A stretch of 32,000 nt of DNA from Phycisphaera mikurensis NBRC 102666 (GCF_000284115.1 NC_017080.1:1800001-1832000); one strand, 5' to 3'; shown: positions 8,727 through 16,625, numbered from the stretch's first letter. Program-made: numbers and translations. Notes: generated from the letters alone by a model not told the origin.

Positions 8727-10967
8727 TCACGCTCCGGGCCGCCGGTCCGCGGCCTCGGCGGCCGGCGGCGCGGGTGCCCCCCGCCGGGCTTCCGCCGGCC
8801 GCAACGGGCGGGAGCGGCGGCGTGCGCCGTGCAGCGCGGCGGTCGTGCGGAGCGCCGCCGGCCCTCCCCAGGGGTCGCGGAAGGCGAGGTAGCCGGCCTC
8901 CGGAGGACCGCCGCCCTCGGGGTTGCCCCCGCTCGCGGATCCCGGCTCGCTCTCTCTCCTGAGCACGTGGAACCCGGAAGCGTGCAGCGGCGCCAGCCAG
9001 GCCGCCGAGAAGCGGTCGAGGACCGGGTCGACGTCTTCGTCCCGCGCCAGGGCGAGCACGTCCTCCAGCAGCCGGACGGGCTCGGCGTCCGGCGTCAGCA
9101 CCGGGTCGCCGACGAGGACGATCGCGTCGCCTCGGCGCTGGTACCGCAGCAGGCCGGCGGCGTCCGCGGCGGCCGCGGCGTCCCCGCTGAAGCGGTCCGC
9201 GGCCGCGCGCTCGGCCGGTCGCCAGAACCAGACCGCCAGCGAGGGGTCTTCGCGCGCCGCAGCCGCAGCCGCAGCCGAGCCGCCGTCCGCGGCGCGATCC
9301 CGGCAGAAGCCGGCGGCGGCGGCCAAGGCCTCGCCGTCGGGCTCCACCCGGGGGTCCACCGGGCGCAGCGCCTCGCGTGCGATCAGCACGAGGCCGGCGA
9401 GCACGGCCGCCGCGAAGGCCCGCGTGAACCGGGCCCCCTCCGCCCCCGCGGTGAAGCCCGTGAACGCGGAACCGCCGCCGTCGGGGAACCGGTGGGCGAG
9501 GAAGCCGACGCCGCCGAGCGTGCCGACGCCCAGCAGGACCGCCGCGAGCGTGAGGTGCCAGCCGATCGGCACCCGGCCCCGGCGGTGGAACGCCCGGCGG
9601 GCGGGGAGCAGGAGCACCAGCAACGCCGAAGCGGCGAGGGCTTCCTCGACGTCCAGGCCCTTGCCGACGTGCGCCACCGCCGAGCCGACGAGGCCCAGGC
9701 ACGCCCAGCCCCAAGCGGCGCGGTACCCGCGGATCAGCCCACGCACCAGCGCGAGCATCAGCAGGGCCAGGACGCCGGCCGCGGCGTGGCTGACCTCCAG
9801 GACCGGCAGGGGCAGCGCCCGGCCGAGGGTGCCGATGCGGCCCGCCGCGGCGGGGGTCGCGACGCTGAGCAGCAGGAGGGCGGCGAGCACCCCGAGCCCG
9901 CCGGCGAGAACCCGCCGCTGCCAGCGCAGTGCCCGCTCCCCGGAGCGGCCCAGGAGGGCGTAGAAGATCGTCAGCGCCACCGCCCAGGGCAGCAGGTAGA
10001 AGACCGCGCGGAACACGACGACGGCCGCGGCGGCCCGCTCCTCGCCCGCGCCGCCCGCCGCGAGCATCTTCAGCCACACGGCGTCGGCGCTGCCCAGCCC
10101 CCCGGGCACGAGGCTGACGAAGCCCACCGCGTGCCCGCAGAGCGTGATCCGAGCCGCCCGCGCGACGCCGAGATCCAGGCCGACCGCCCGCGCCGCGAGC
10201 ACGAAAGCGAAGATCGTGAGGCCCCAGTCCAGGAAGGAGACGACCGCGAGCCGGGGCATCCTCGAAGGAGACAGCGAGCCGGTCGCGGCCCAGGCGTGCC
10301 CGCGGCCGAGCCGCCGCACCAGCGAGCCGCCGGCCGCCGTGAACGCGAGCGAGAGCGCAAGAGCGAGCGGGACCACCAGCCACGGGCTCGTCGCCGGCTC
10401 GGCGGGCCGGGCGACCCAGGCGGCGGCCACCCACGCCACCATCCCCGCGAAGATGCCGGTGTAGTGCGCGACGAAGCCGCCGGAGAGCTGCGTCGGGCTC
10501 ATGCCCGCCCGCCGGTAGAGGTACACGCGGATCGCGGGACCGATCGGCCCGAGCGTGATCAGGTTCGACCACCCGAAGATCGCCGCACCGAAGAGCCAGC
10601 GTCGCCTCCACCGCAGCGTCGGCGTCGGCGGGAAGACCACCACGTCGTAGAGCCCCATCGCCGCGACCGCCGCGAGCGCCGCGAGCGCGGCCGCGAGCAG
10701 CAGCGGCCGATCCGCGGCCGCGACGCTCGCGTGCAGGCCGGCGTAGTCGATCCCCCGAAGCGTGCCCCAAACCACCGCCAGCACCGTCACCGGGACCGCC
10801 ACCGCGAGCACCGCCCGGAGCACCGGCCACGCCCGCAGCGCCGCCTCCCGCCAGGCGGGCGGCCGCGCCGCCTCCGCGGTGCCGGTGTCGGGGTCTCGCG
10901 GGGGCAACCGACCCGTTCTACCGACCCGCGGCTCGCTCGAGGCGCCGCGGGTCCGCCCCGGCCGCAT
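8727..10967 (-). CDS. MprF-like membrane protein: LPG-synthase/UPF0104-type polytopic TM domain plus a short, apparently partial DUF2156-like C-terminal domain
   Basis: 746 aa from ATG 10967, with many TM helices. N-terminal motifs typical of the MprF flippase/UPF0104 region: 'LYDVVVFPP...WLFGAAIFGWSNLITLGPIGPAIRVYLYRRAGMS'. C-terminal 'LLRYQRRGDAIVLVGDPV...LLEDVLALARDEDVDPVLDRFSAAWLAPLHASGFHVL' resembles the first lobe of the aminoacyl-PG synthase domain. The second lobe is not seen. Confidence 0.75.
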   Translation of the reverse strand: MRPGRTRGASSEPRVGRTGRLPPRDPDTGTAEAARPPAWREAALRAWPVLRAVLAVAVPVTVLAVVWGTLRGIDYAGLHASVAAADRPLLLAAALAALAAVAAMGLYDVVVFPPTPTLRWRRRWLFGAAIFGWSNLITLGPIGPAIRVYLYRRAGMSPTQLSGGFVAHYTGIFAGMVAWVAAAWVARPAEPATSPWLVVPLALALSLAFTAAGGSLVRRLGRGHAWAATGSLSPSRMPRLAVVSFLDWGLTIFAFVLAARAVGLDLGVARAARITLCGHAVGFVSLVPGGLGSADAVWLKMLAAGGAGEERAAAAVVVFRAVFYLLPWAVALTIFYALLGRSGERALRWQRRVLAGGLGVLAALLLLSVATPAAAGRIGTLGRALPLPVLEVSHAAAGVLALLMLALVRGLIRGYRAAWGWACLGLVGSAVAHVGKGLDVEEALAASALLVLLLPARRAFHRRGRVPIGWHLTLAAVLLGVGTLGGVGFLAHRFPDGGGSAFTGFTAGAEGARFTRAFAAAVLAGLVLIAREALRPVDPRVEPDGEALAAAAGFCRDRAADGGSAAAAAAAREDPSLAVWFWRPAERAAADRFSGDAAAAADAAGLLRYQRRGDAIVLVGDPVLTPDAEPVRLLEDVLALARDEDVDPVLDRFSAAWLAPLHASGFHVLRRESEPGSASGGNPEGGGPPEAGYLAFRDPWGGPAALRTTAALHGARRRSRPLRPAEARRGAPAPPAAEAADRRPGA

Positions 10968-11089
10968 CCCCCGGCGGGCACGGCGCGGGGCTCCGTCGCC
11001 CCGGGTGGCCGCGAGCCGGGCTCGCGCATAGGTTCCGGCGCCCGGCGGGAGCCCGCCGGCTTCACCCCCCCCAACCGGAACATCAGACC

Positions 11090-11755
11090 ATGAAGATCTC
11101 CACCCTCGCGCTCACCGCCGCCCTCGCCGTTCCCGCCCTGGGCGTCATGCCCGCCTGCAACATGCTCGGCGGCAAGGCCGCCCCCACCGCCGCCCCGACC
11201 ATCACCAGCGCCGAGACGCTGGAGGGCCAGCTCGACCGCACCGACGCCGCGGTCGTCTCCTCCCTCGCCGCCCTGGACCGCCTCCGCGGCGAGGAGATCG
11301 ACAAGAGCGCCGCCTTCGAGCAGTACACGACGCAGGTCGCGGAGATGAAGGCCGATCAGGCGGCCTTCAACAGCAGCGCGGCCGAGCTCAAGGACGAGGG
11401 CATGGCCTACCAGCAGACCTGGATGGAGGACGCGAACCAGATCCAGGACAGCGATCTGCGTCGCACCGCGATGGAGCGGCAGATGGAGATGGAGGATTCG
11501 CTCTCCACCATCGACTCGCAGTACCAGCAGACGCGGCAGAAGCTCAACGCCTACGTGACCGAGCTCACCGGCATCCAGACCTACCTCAAGAACGACATGA
11601 CGCCCGAGGGCATCGAGGCGATCTCCTCGCAGTTTGACGACGCCCAGACCAAGGGCGACGACGTGCGTGGCTCGCTGGACAAGATGCAGGAGGAGCTCCT
11701 GAAGATCACCAACATGCTCGACGACGAAGCCAAGAAGGCGAACATGCTCCGCTGA
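11090..11755 (+). CDS. Probable lipoprotein, coiled-coil, Asp/Glu/Gln/Met-rich; architecture reminiscent of DUF2959-type lipoproteins
   Basis: ATG at 11090. Signal peptide MKISTLALTAALAVPALGVMPAC with Cys23, a non-canonical lipobox. The remainder is predicted helical. Visibly lower GC than its neighbours. The family assignment comes from memory of DUF2959 sequences only. Confidence 0.75.
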   Translation: MKISTLALTAALAVPALGVMPACNMLGGKAAPTAAPTITSAETLEGQLDRTDAAVVSSLAALDRLRGEEIDKSAAFEQYTTQVAEMKADQAAFNSSAAELKDEGMAYQQTWMEDANQIQDSDLRRTAMERQMEMEDSLSTIDSQYQQTRQKLNAYVTELTGIQTYLKNDMTPEGIEAISSQFDDAQTKGDDVRGSLDKMQEELLKITNMLDDEAKKANMLR

Positions 11756-11776
11756 GCCCTTCGCGCCGCGATTGCA

Positions 11777-11827
11777 GCAAGCCGAGGCCGCCGGCCCGCT
11801 CTCGCGGGTCCGCGGCCTCTGGCTTGC
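11777..11827. terminator. Long GC-rich hairpin between convergent genes; candidate bidirectional terminator without a U-tract
   Basis: 11777-11791 pairs with 11812-11827 (15 bp, one bulged T at 11820). An inner stem pairs 11793-11799 with 11804-11810, closing a TCTC loop. It lies 21 nt after the lipoprotein stop and 10 nt after the mnmE stop. Confidence 0.55.
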
Positions 11828-11837
11828 GCCCTCCGGA

Positions 11838-13109
11838 TCACTTCCCGACGCAGAAGGTCGCGAACACCGACGCGATGAGGTCGTCGGGCTCGAGGTCGCC
11901 GGTGAGGCCGCCGAGCCGGTGGATCGCGGCCGTCATCGCGTCCGCGACCAGCTCCGCGTGCGCGAGAGCGGGTCCGTGCGCCTCGAGCAACCGGCGGGCC
12001 CCGGCGAGGCGCCCGGCCGCCGCCGCCAGGTCGGCCCGGTGCCGATCGCGCAGAGCGGGCGCCGCGGCGCGGGTGCGGCGGCCGTCGAGCGACGCCGCGA
12101 TCGCCTCCCGCACGCCTCCGAGCCCCGCACCGGTGCGGGCCGACGCCGCGAGCCGGCCCGCGGGGGCGGGCGCCGCGTCCGCTTTCGCGTGGATGCGCAG
12201 GTGCGGCGGCGATCGCGGCGGCGGTTCGTCGCCGAACCAGAGCAGGAGATCCGCGTCGGCGGCGGGCGTGCCCCCGCCGCCGGGCGTGTCCACCAGCAGC
12301 ACCCGCCCGCCGCCGGGCAGCGGCAGCTCCTCCTCGAGGGTGTCGCGGGTGGTGTGCGGGGCGGCGTCTACCACGGCCCGCTCGCGGCCGAGCAGGGCGT
12401 TGAACAGCGAGGACTTCCCCGCCGAGGGCGGGCCCGCGAGCACCACGCGCGGGAGCTCGGCCGGCGCTGCCGCGGGTGCGGCGGCCAGGCTCGCGAGCGC
12501 AGCGGCGACGGCCGCGAGGCCGGCGTCCAGGTCGGCGGGCGCGATCGGGACGACGTCCTCCTGGTCGGTGAAGTCGATGCCGGCCTCCACCAGGCCCAGC
12601 AGCCCCGTCAGGCGGTCCCGCTGAGCCGAGACCTCGGCGGCGAGGCCGCCGCTCCGCAGCCGGTCGGCCGCGGCCAGCTCGTCGTCGTTCTGCGCCGCGA
12701 TCGCCGCCGCGACGCCCTCCGCCTGCAGCAGCGACAGGCGGCCTGCTTCGTACGCCCGGTGGGAGAACTCGCCCGGAGCCGCCTCGCGGGCCCCCGCGGC
12801 CACCGCCGCCCGCACGATCCGCCGCAGCAGAGACGGGTTCCCCGCCGCCTCGATCTCCAGCGTGTCCTCCCCCGTGAAGCTCCCCGGCCCCGGCAGCCAG
12901 AGCGCGAGGATCGGCAGCGCGGGCAGCGGCGGCAGCAAGCCCGCGGGGAAGCATCCGCGGACCGCGGGCCTCTGCGGCTCGGATCGCCCGCGGTCCGCGG
13001 ATCCGAGGACCGCCGCCCCGATCGCCCACGCGTTTGTGCCCGAGAGCCGGACGAGGCCCAGAAGCGACGCCCCGGGGGCCGAGCTGATGGCGACGATGGT
13101 GTCTCTCAT
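11838..13109 (-). CDS. mnmE: tRNA uridine-5-carboxymethylaminomethyl(34) synthesis GTPase MnmE
   Basis: Homology starts at ATG 13109 (MRDTIVAISSAPG). G1 motif 'LAGPPSAGKSSLFNAL', 'VDTPG', and the diagnostic C-terminal 'FCVGK'. The listed ORF start at 13166 adds 19 unsupported codons. Confidence 0.93.
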   Translation of the reverse strand: MRDTIVAISSAPGASLLGLVRLSGTNAWAIGAAVLGSADRGRSEPQRPAVRGCFPAGLLPPLPALPILALWLPGPGSFTGEDTLEIEAAGNPSLLRRIVRAAVAAGAREAAPGEFSHRAYEAGRLSLLQAEGVAAAIAAQNDDELAAADRLRSGGLAAEVSAQRDRLTGLLGLVEAGIDFTDQEDVVPIAPADLDAGLAAVAAALASLAAAPAAAPAELPRVVLAGPPSAGKSSLFNALLGRERAVVDAAPHTTRDTLEEELPLPGGGRVLLVDTPGGGGTPAADADLLLWFGDEPPPRSPPHLRIHAKADAAPAPAGRLAASARTGAGLGGVREAIAASLDGRRTRAAAPALRDRHRADLAAAAGRLAGARRLLEAHGPALAHAELVADAMTAAIHRLGGLTGDLEPDDLIASVFATFCVGK

Positions 13110-13212
13110 CGGGAGGCCGACGCGGCACGCCGTGCCCGGGTGCGCCGCACCGGGGGCCGGTGGCACGCCGCGACGGAGCGCCGGCCCGGTCGGCGTGCGC
13201 CGCCGGGCCGGC

Positions 13213-15507
13213 TCACTTCTTCTTGCGGTCCTTGAAGTTCTGCACCTTCTTCTTCCCGGGTCCGGAGGACGCGCCGCCGCCGCCCGCAGCGCCGAAGACC
13301 GAGCCGCCTTCCTCCATCCGCTTGGCGGCCAGCTCCTGGGCCATCTTCATCCGCTCCTGCAGCTTCCACTTGAGGCTCCCGGGCTTCGCCTCCTTCTTGT
13401 CGAAGAGCGTGCCGGCCTCCTCCTGCGCGGTCACGTGGCGGCGGACGATGTACGAGTCCACGATCCCCGCGAGGGTGGAGCAGCAGATGTACAGCGTCAG
13501 GCCCGAGGGCGCGGAGTAGAGGAACACCGGGAAGATGAACGGCATGATCCGCATGATCTTCTGCTGCTGGGCTTGCTCGGGGGTGGCCGGCGGCGGCGTG
13601 GTGAACTTCATGTTGATGGCGAAGATGAAGGCCATCAGAATCGGGAGAATGTTCAGGTAGTCGAAGAGCTTCACGTCCACGAAGGGCAGCGGGATGCCGA
13701 AGCCGCTGCCGGGGATGTCGATGAAGTGGTCGGCCACCGAGAGGTCGGCCAGGAACTTCCAGTTGCCGCCCGAGATCGACTGGAAGACGCCGTAGAAGGC
13801 GGGCTCGTGCCGCAGCTCGATCGCGTAGTAGAGCATTGCGTAGAGCGCGATCCAGATCGGCGTCTGCAGCAGCATCGGCAGGCACCCGAGGAAGCCGGCG
13901 GGATTGACGCCCTTCTCTCTGTAGAGCTTCATGATCTCCGCGTTCATCTTCGCGGAATCGTCCTTGTGCTTCTCCTTCAGCTTCGCCATCTCCGGCTGCA
14001 TCGCCGCCATCTGGCGGCCCATCTTCATCATGTTGATCTGGGCGCGCTTGGTCACCGGGTGCAGGATCAGGCGCACGGTGAGCACCAGCAGGATGATCGA
14101 CACCCCCCAGTCGCGGACGACCGCGTTGAGGATGCGGAGGTAGTCCAGCAGGCCGTGGGCGAGGAACTGGAAGGTGCAGAGCGTGCAGCCGAGCTCGTAG
14201 CGGATGAGCTTCTCGAGGTGCAGCGCCGCGTGGACGGGCTCCTCGAGGAGCTCCTCCTTCCGCGGACCCGCGAAGATCGACAGCGGGAAGGCCGCGTCGG
14301 CCCCCGGCGCGACGACCACGTCGGCGGTGCCCAGCGTCAACGCGAGGCCGGCGACGGCGGGGTCGGGGCGGGCGCTGCGTGTGGGATCCTTGAGCTCCAG
14401 CGAGACCCGCGGGAAGGTGTCCTCGAGCGCGGGCACGTCGGCGGTCCGCGGTTCGCCGTTGCCGCCGGAGCCCGCGGCGGGCACCGGGGCGTGCGTGACG
14501 ACCGTGAAGTAGCGGTTCTCGGCCGCCACCCAGGCGAGGGTGGAGCCGGCTTGCGTGTCGGGATTGGGCCAGATCGCGTCGGGCCGCGGCTGGTCCGGCG
14601 GCTCGACGCTGTTCACCAGCGACGCGTGCATCCACTGGCCCTCGTCGACGTAGATGCCGGTCTTGGCGGGCTTCTCCGGCCGGAAGTAGCCGGTCACGAA
14701 CATCCGGCGATCGCCGACGTAAGCGCCTTCGTCCGGCAGCAGGTCGCCCTGCCCGTACTGGTCGAGCCGGATCCGCAGGGGGCGGCCGCTGGTGTTCCGG
14801 AAGCGCTGGTCCAGCTGCAGGTCGTAGGAGCCCGCCGGCAGCGTCCACGTCCGGACGAGCTCGCCCACCTCGGCCCCGCCGGCGTCCACGAAGCCGATGC
14901 GGTACGTGACGGCGGAGGCGGCGGCCGAGCGCGTGACCTCCGCGGCGAAGGGCTGGTTGTCCAGCCGCAGCGGCGTGCCGTTGATCGTGATCCGGCGCGC
15001 CGCCCAGGGGTAGAAGAGGGCGGCGCCGTCGGCCGTCCCGGTCTGCGTGTCGGCGTCGAGCAGCACGTAGGGCTCGCTGCCGGTGATCCGCTCGCGGTAC
15101 GCGGCGAGCTCGATGCGGCGGACGCCGGCGCCATACGACACGAGCATCACCGAGATCCGGTCGTCGGCTCCGAGCCCGCCGAGCCTCGCGTCGGGCGCGG
15201 GGCCGGGCGTCTCCACCGCGAGCCCGGCGATCGGGGGGAACGCGGCGTCGGCGTCGGCGGCCGCGGGAGCGGCCGGGCTCGGCGTGGGCGCGGCCGCTTC
15301 CGCGTCGGCCGACGCGGTGCCGCCGGGGGCTTCGGCGGCGGCGGTCGCGGCCGGCGGGGCGGGTGCGGGGTCCGCGGCCGGCGCAGCGTCCGCGGCGGGC
15401 GGCGTCGCGCTGCCGGCTGCGCCCGGCGTCGGGGCGTTGGTGAAGTAGACGCCGAGGGCAACGGCGACGCCGAGGGCGACGGCGATCAGCGGGATGAGGA
15501 TGCGCAT
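13213..15507 (-). CDS. yidC: Membrane protein insertase YidC (long periplasmic P1 domain form)
   Basis: ATG at 15507 (MRILIPLIAVALG); a TTG at 15522 is possible. Ala/Pro-rich linker, large periplasmic domain, then the conserved core 'NWGVSIILLVLTVRLILHPVTKRAQINMMKM...EKGVNPAGFLGCLPMLLQTPIWIALY'. Basic C-terminal tail. Confidence 0.93.
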   Translation of the reverse strand: MRILIPLIAVALGVAVALGVYFTNAPTPGAAGSATPPAADAAPAADPAPAPPAATAAAEAPGGTASADAEAAAPTPSPAAPAAADADAAFPPIAGLAVETPGPAPDARLGGLGADDRISVMLVSYGAGVRRIELAAYRERITGSEPYVLLDADTQTGTADGAALFYPWAARRITINGTPLRLDNQPFAAEVTRSAAASAVTYRIGFVDAGGAEVGELVRTWTLPAGSYDLQLDQRFRNTSGRPLRIRLDQYGQGDLLPDEGAYVGDRRMFVTGYFRPEKPAKTGIYVDEGQWMHASLVNSVEPPDQPRPDAIWPNPDTQAGSTLAWVAAENRYFTVVTHAPVPAAGSGGNGEPRTADVPALEDTFPRVSLELKDPTRSARPDPAVAGLALTLGTADVVVAPGADAAFPLSIFAGPRKEELLEEPVHAALHLEKLIRYELGCTLCTFQFLAHGLLDYLRILNAVVRDWGVSIILLVLTVRLILHPVTKRAQINMMKMGRQMAAMQPEMAKLKEKHKDDSAKMNAEIMKLYREKGVNPAGFLGCLPMLLQTPIWIALYAMLYYAIELRHEPAFYGVFQSISGGNWKFLADLSVADHFIDIPGSGFGIPLPFVDVKLFDYLNILPILMAFIFAINMKFTTPPPATPEQAQQQKIMRIMPFIFPVFLYSAPSGLTLYICCSTLAGIVDSYIVRRHVTAQEEAGTLFDKKEAKPGSLKWKLQERMKMAQELAAKRMEEGGSVFGAAGGGGASSGPGKKKVQNFKDRKKK

Positions 15508-15663
15508 GATTTCGAGGGACAACCCGGCCGAGGCGGCGGGCGCCGCGCGGCCGTGCCGGTGCCGGAGGATCCGGGGCGGCGACTATAAAAGCGCCCGCTC
15601 CGCACGCTCCCGCGGGGGTTCATCCGTCTCCTCCCGCTCACCAGGTCGGCCGCGGCGATCGCC

Positions 15664-16116
15664 ATGCACGAGATCACCGTCACCACCGCCTTCAGCGCCG
15701 CCCACGCCCTCCGGCTGCCCGACGGCTCGCTCGAGCCCGTGCACGGCCACGACTGGAAGCTGACGCTGCGCGTGGCTTCGGAGGGCCTCGACGCCATGGG
15801 GGCCGTCATGGACTTCCACGAGCTGCAGCGCCTCGTCGACGCCGCGGTCGCGCGTTGGCGGAACGCCGACCTCAACACGCTCCCGCCCTTCGCGGCCGGC
15901 GTCGCGGCCGGCGACGACGGCTGCGGCATCGGCTCGCTGGACCCGCCCCCCGGCCGCGCTTGGAACCCGACCGCCGAGCGCGTCGCGCAGGAAGTCGCCG
16001 TCCGCGTCGCCCCGGGCCTCCCCGCCGGGGTGAGGATGAGGTCGGTCAGCGTGACCGAAGCCGTCGGCTGCACCGCTCGCTTCACGCCCGCCTACGCCTC
16101 CGACGCAGCTCCGTAG
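15664..16116 (+). CDS. queD: 6-carboxy-5,6,7,8-tetrahydropterin synthase (QueD / PTPS family)
   Basis: ATG at 15664. 'MHEITVTTAFSAAHALRLPDGSLEPVHGHDWKL' carries the PTPS/QueD His motif pattern. About 150 aa, with a roughly 25-aa insertion relative to minimal QueD. Confidence 0.85.
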   Translation: MHEITVTTAFSAAHALRLPDGSLEPVHGHDWKLTLRVASEGLDAMGAVMDFHELQRLVDAAVARWRNADLNTLPPFAAGVAAGDDGCGIGSLDPPPGRAWNPTAERVAQEVAVRVAPGLPAGVRMRSVSVTEAVGCTARFTPAYASDAAP

Positions 16117-16248
16117 GGCAGGTCGGCAACCCGCCATGCCGGCCGAAGGCCGGCAGCTCCGTACGGCAGGTCGGCGACCTGCCATGCCGGCCGAAGGCCG
16201 GCACTTCTGTAGGGCAGGTCGGCGACCTGCCATGCCGGCCGAAGGTCG
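16105..16248. repeat. Three direct 48-bp tandem repeats, REP/BIME-like, each with two short palindromes
   Basis: Unit starts at 16105, 16153 and 16201 (GCAGCTCC/GCAGCTCC/GCACTTCT). Units 2 and 3 contain GGCAGGTC-GGC-GACCTGCC, which is degenerate in unit 1. All three carry a GCCGGCC-GAA-GGCCGGC palindrome (GGTCGGC in unit 3). Unit 1 overlaps the queD stop codon (16114-16116). Confidence 0.9.
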
Positions 16249-16280
16249 GCAGCGTCGAGTCTGGACCCGTCGCGTCCAAC

Positions 16281-16303
16281 GGCAGGTCGCCGACCTGCCG
16301 TAC
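16281..16303. repeat. Inverted partial copy of the 48-bp repeat core
   Basis: GGCAGGTCGCCGACCTGCCGTAC is the exact reverse complement of GTACGGCAGGTCGGCGACCTGCC in unit 2. Confidence 0.85.
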
Positions 16304-16555
16304 CGGGGCGCTGCACACGCCCCTGGTTTCCGGGAGGCGCGCCCGGTTGCCCGATCCGCCGCTGCGGTTCCAACGACGCGCCACGCAGCGTCCACCAAAG
16401 ACCGATCTCCGGGAAATTCTGCACATCCCGGACCCGCCGAGAGCCTCCGCCAGCCCCTCCCACGCCCGGGATCCGTCCGGTCGTGTGGAAAAGGTCGGCG
16501 TCTGCGCACCGGCGCGCACGGCCGGGTATTCCCTGGTATGGTGCAGGCCCCCCGG

Positions 16556-16598
16556 AAGCGTCGCGGATCCTCTCGTAGGGTCCGCGGCGTTTTTTTTT
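16556..16598 (+). terminator. Canonical intrinsic terminator: 10-12 bp GC-rich stem followed by T9
   Basis: 16556-16567 pairs with 16581-16592 (core CGCGGA/TCCGCG plus flanking pairs and two G-U). The loop is TCCTCTCGTAGGG with extra C-G pairs. An uninterrupted T9 spans 16590-16598, striking in this GC-rich sequence. Confidence 0.65.
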
Positions 16599-16625
16599 GG
16601 TCACCTCTCCTTCACGAGCTCTTTC

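Noticed and set aside
8698-10830. N-terminal 711 codons of the 1235-aa ORF 7123..10830, which would make a giant DUF2254 fusion overlapping the MprF-like gene in another frame
   Set aside because: That portion overlaps the well-supported MprF-like frame and translates to Arg/Gly/Pro repeats. DUF2254 similarity begins only after the ATG at 8697, 30 nt past the MprF-like stop.
16105-16304. CRISPR array interpretation of the 48-bp repeats
   Set aside because: The units abut directly with no unique spacers. There are only three copies plus an inverted fragment, and no cas genes are in the window. This fits REP/BIME-type repeats, not CRISPR.
16361-16385. Possible tRNA T-arm-like string GGTTCCAAC
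   Set aside because: No acceptor, D or anticodon arms can be built around it, and no GTTCGAATC-type T-loop is present. I found no tRNA-like cloverleaf anywhere in the window.
16322-16545. Guanidine-I (ykkC)-like fragments: CTGGTTTCCGGG, CCGAGAG, CACGGCCGGGTATTCCCTGG
   Set aside because: The matches to the consensus as I remember it are short and imperfect, and they spread over about 220 nt rather than about 100 nt. The downstream gene is not a typical guanidine-responsive function. In GC-rich DNA such strings arise by chance. Only an Rfam covariance-model scan could revive this.
16530-16565. SRP RNA-like 'CAGGCCCCCCGGAAGCG' resembling the domain IV GGAA tetraloop region
   Set aside because: The flanking bases do not form the required closing helix and symmetric loop; the second closing pair would be C-C.
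15855-16625. Upstream 257 codons of the 621-aa ORF ending at 17720, and the peptide-like repeats 'VGQVGDLPCRPKAG' encoded by the tandem repeats
   Set aside because: The reading frame simply runs through the DNA repeats, the hairpins and the T9 terminator. A proper signal peptide starts at the ATG at 16626. The repeat periodicity is explained at the DNA level by palindromes.
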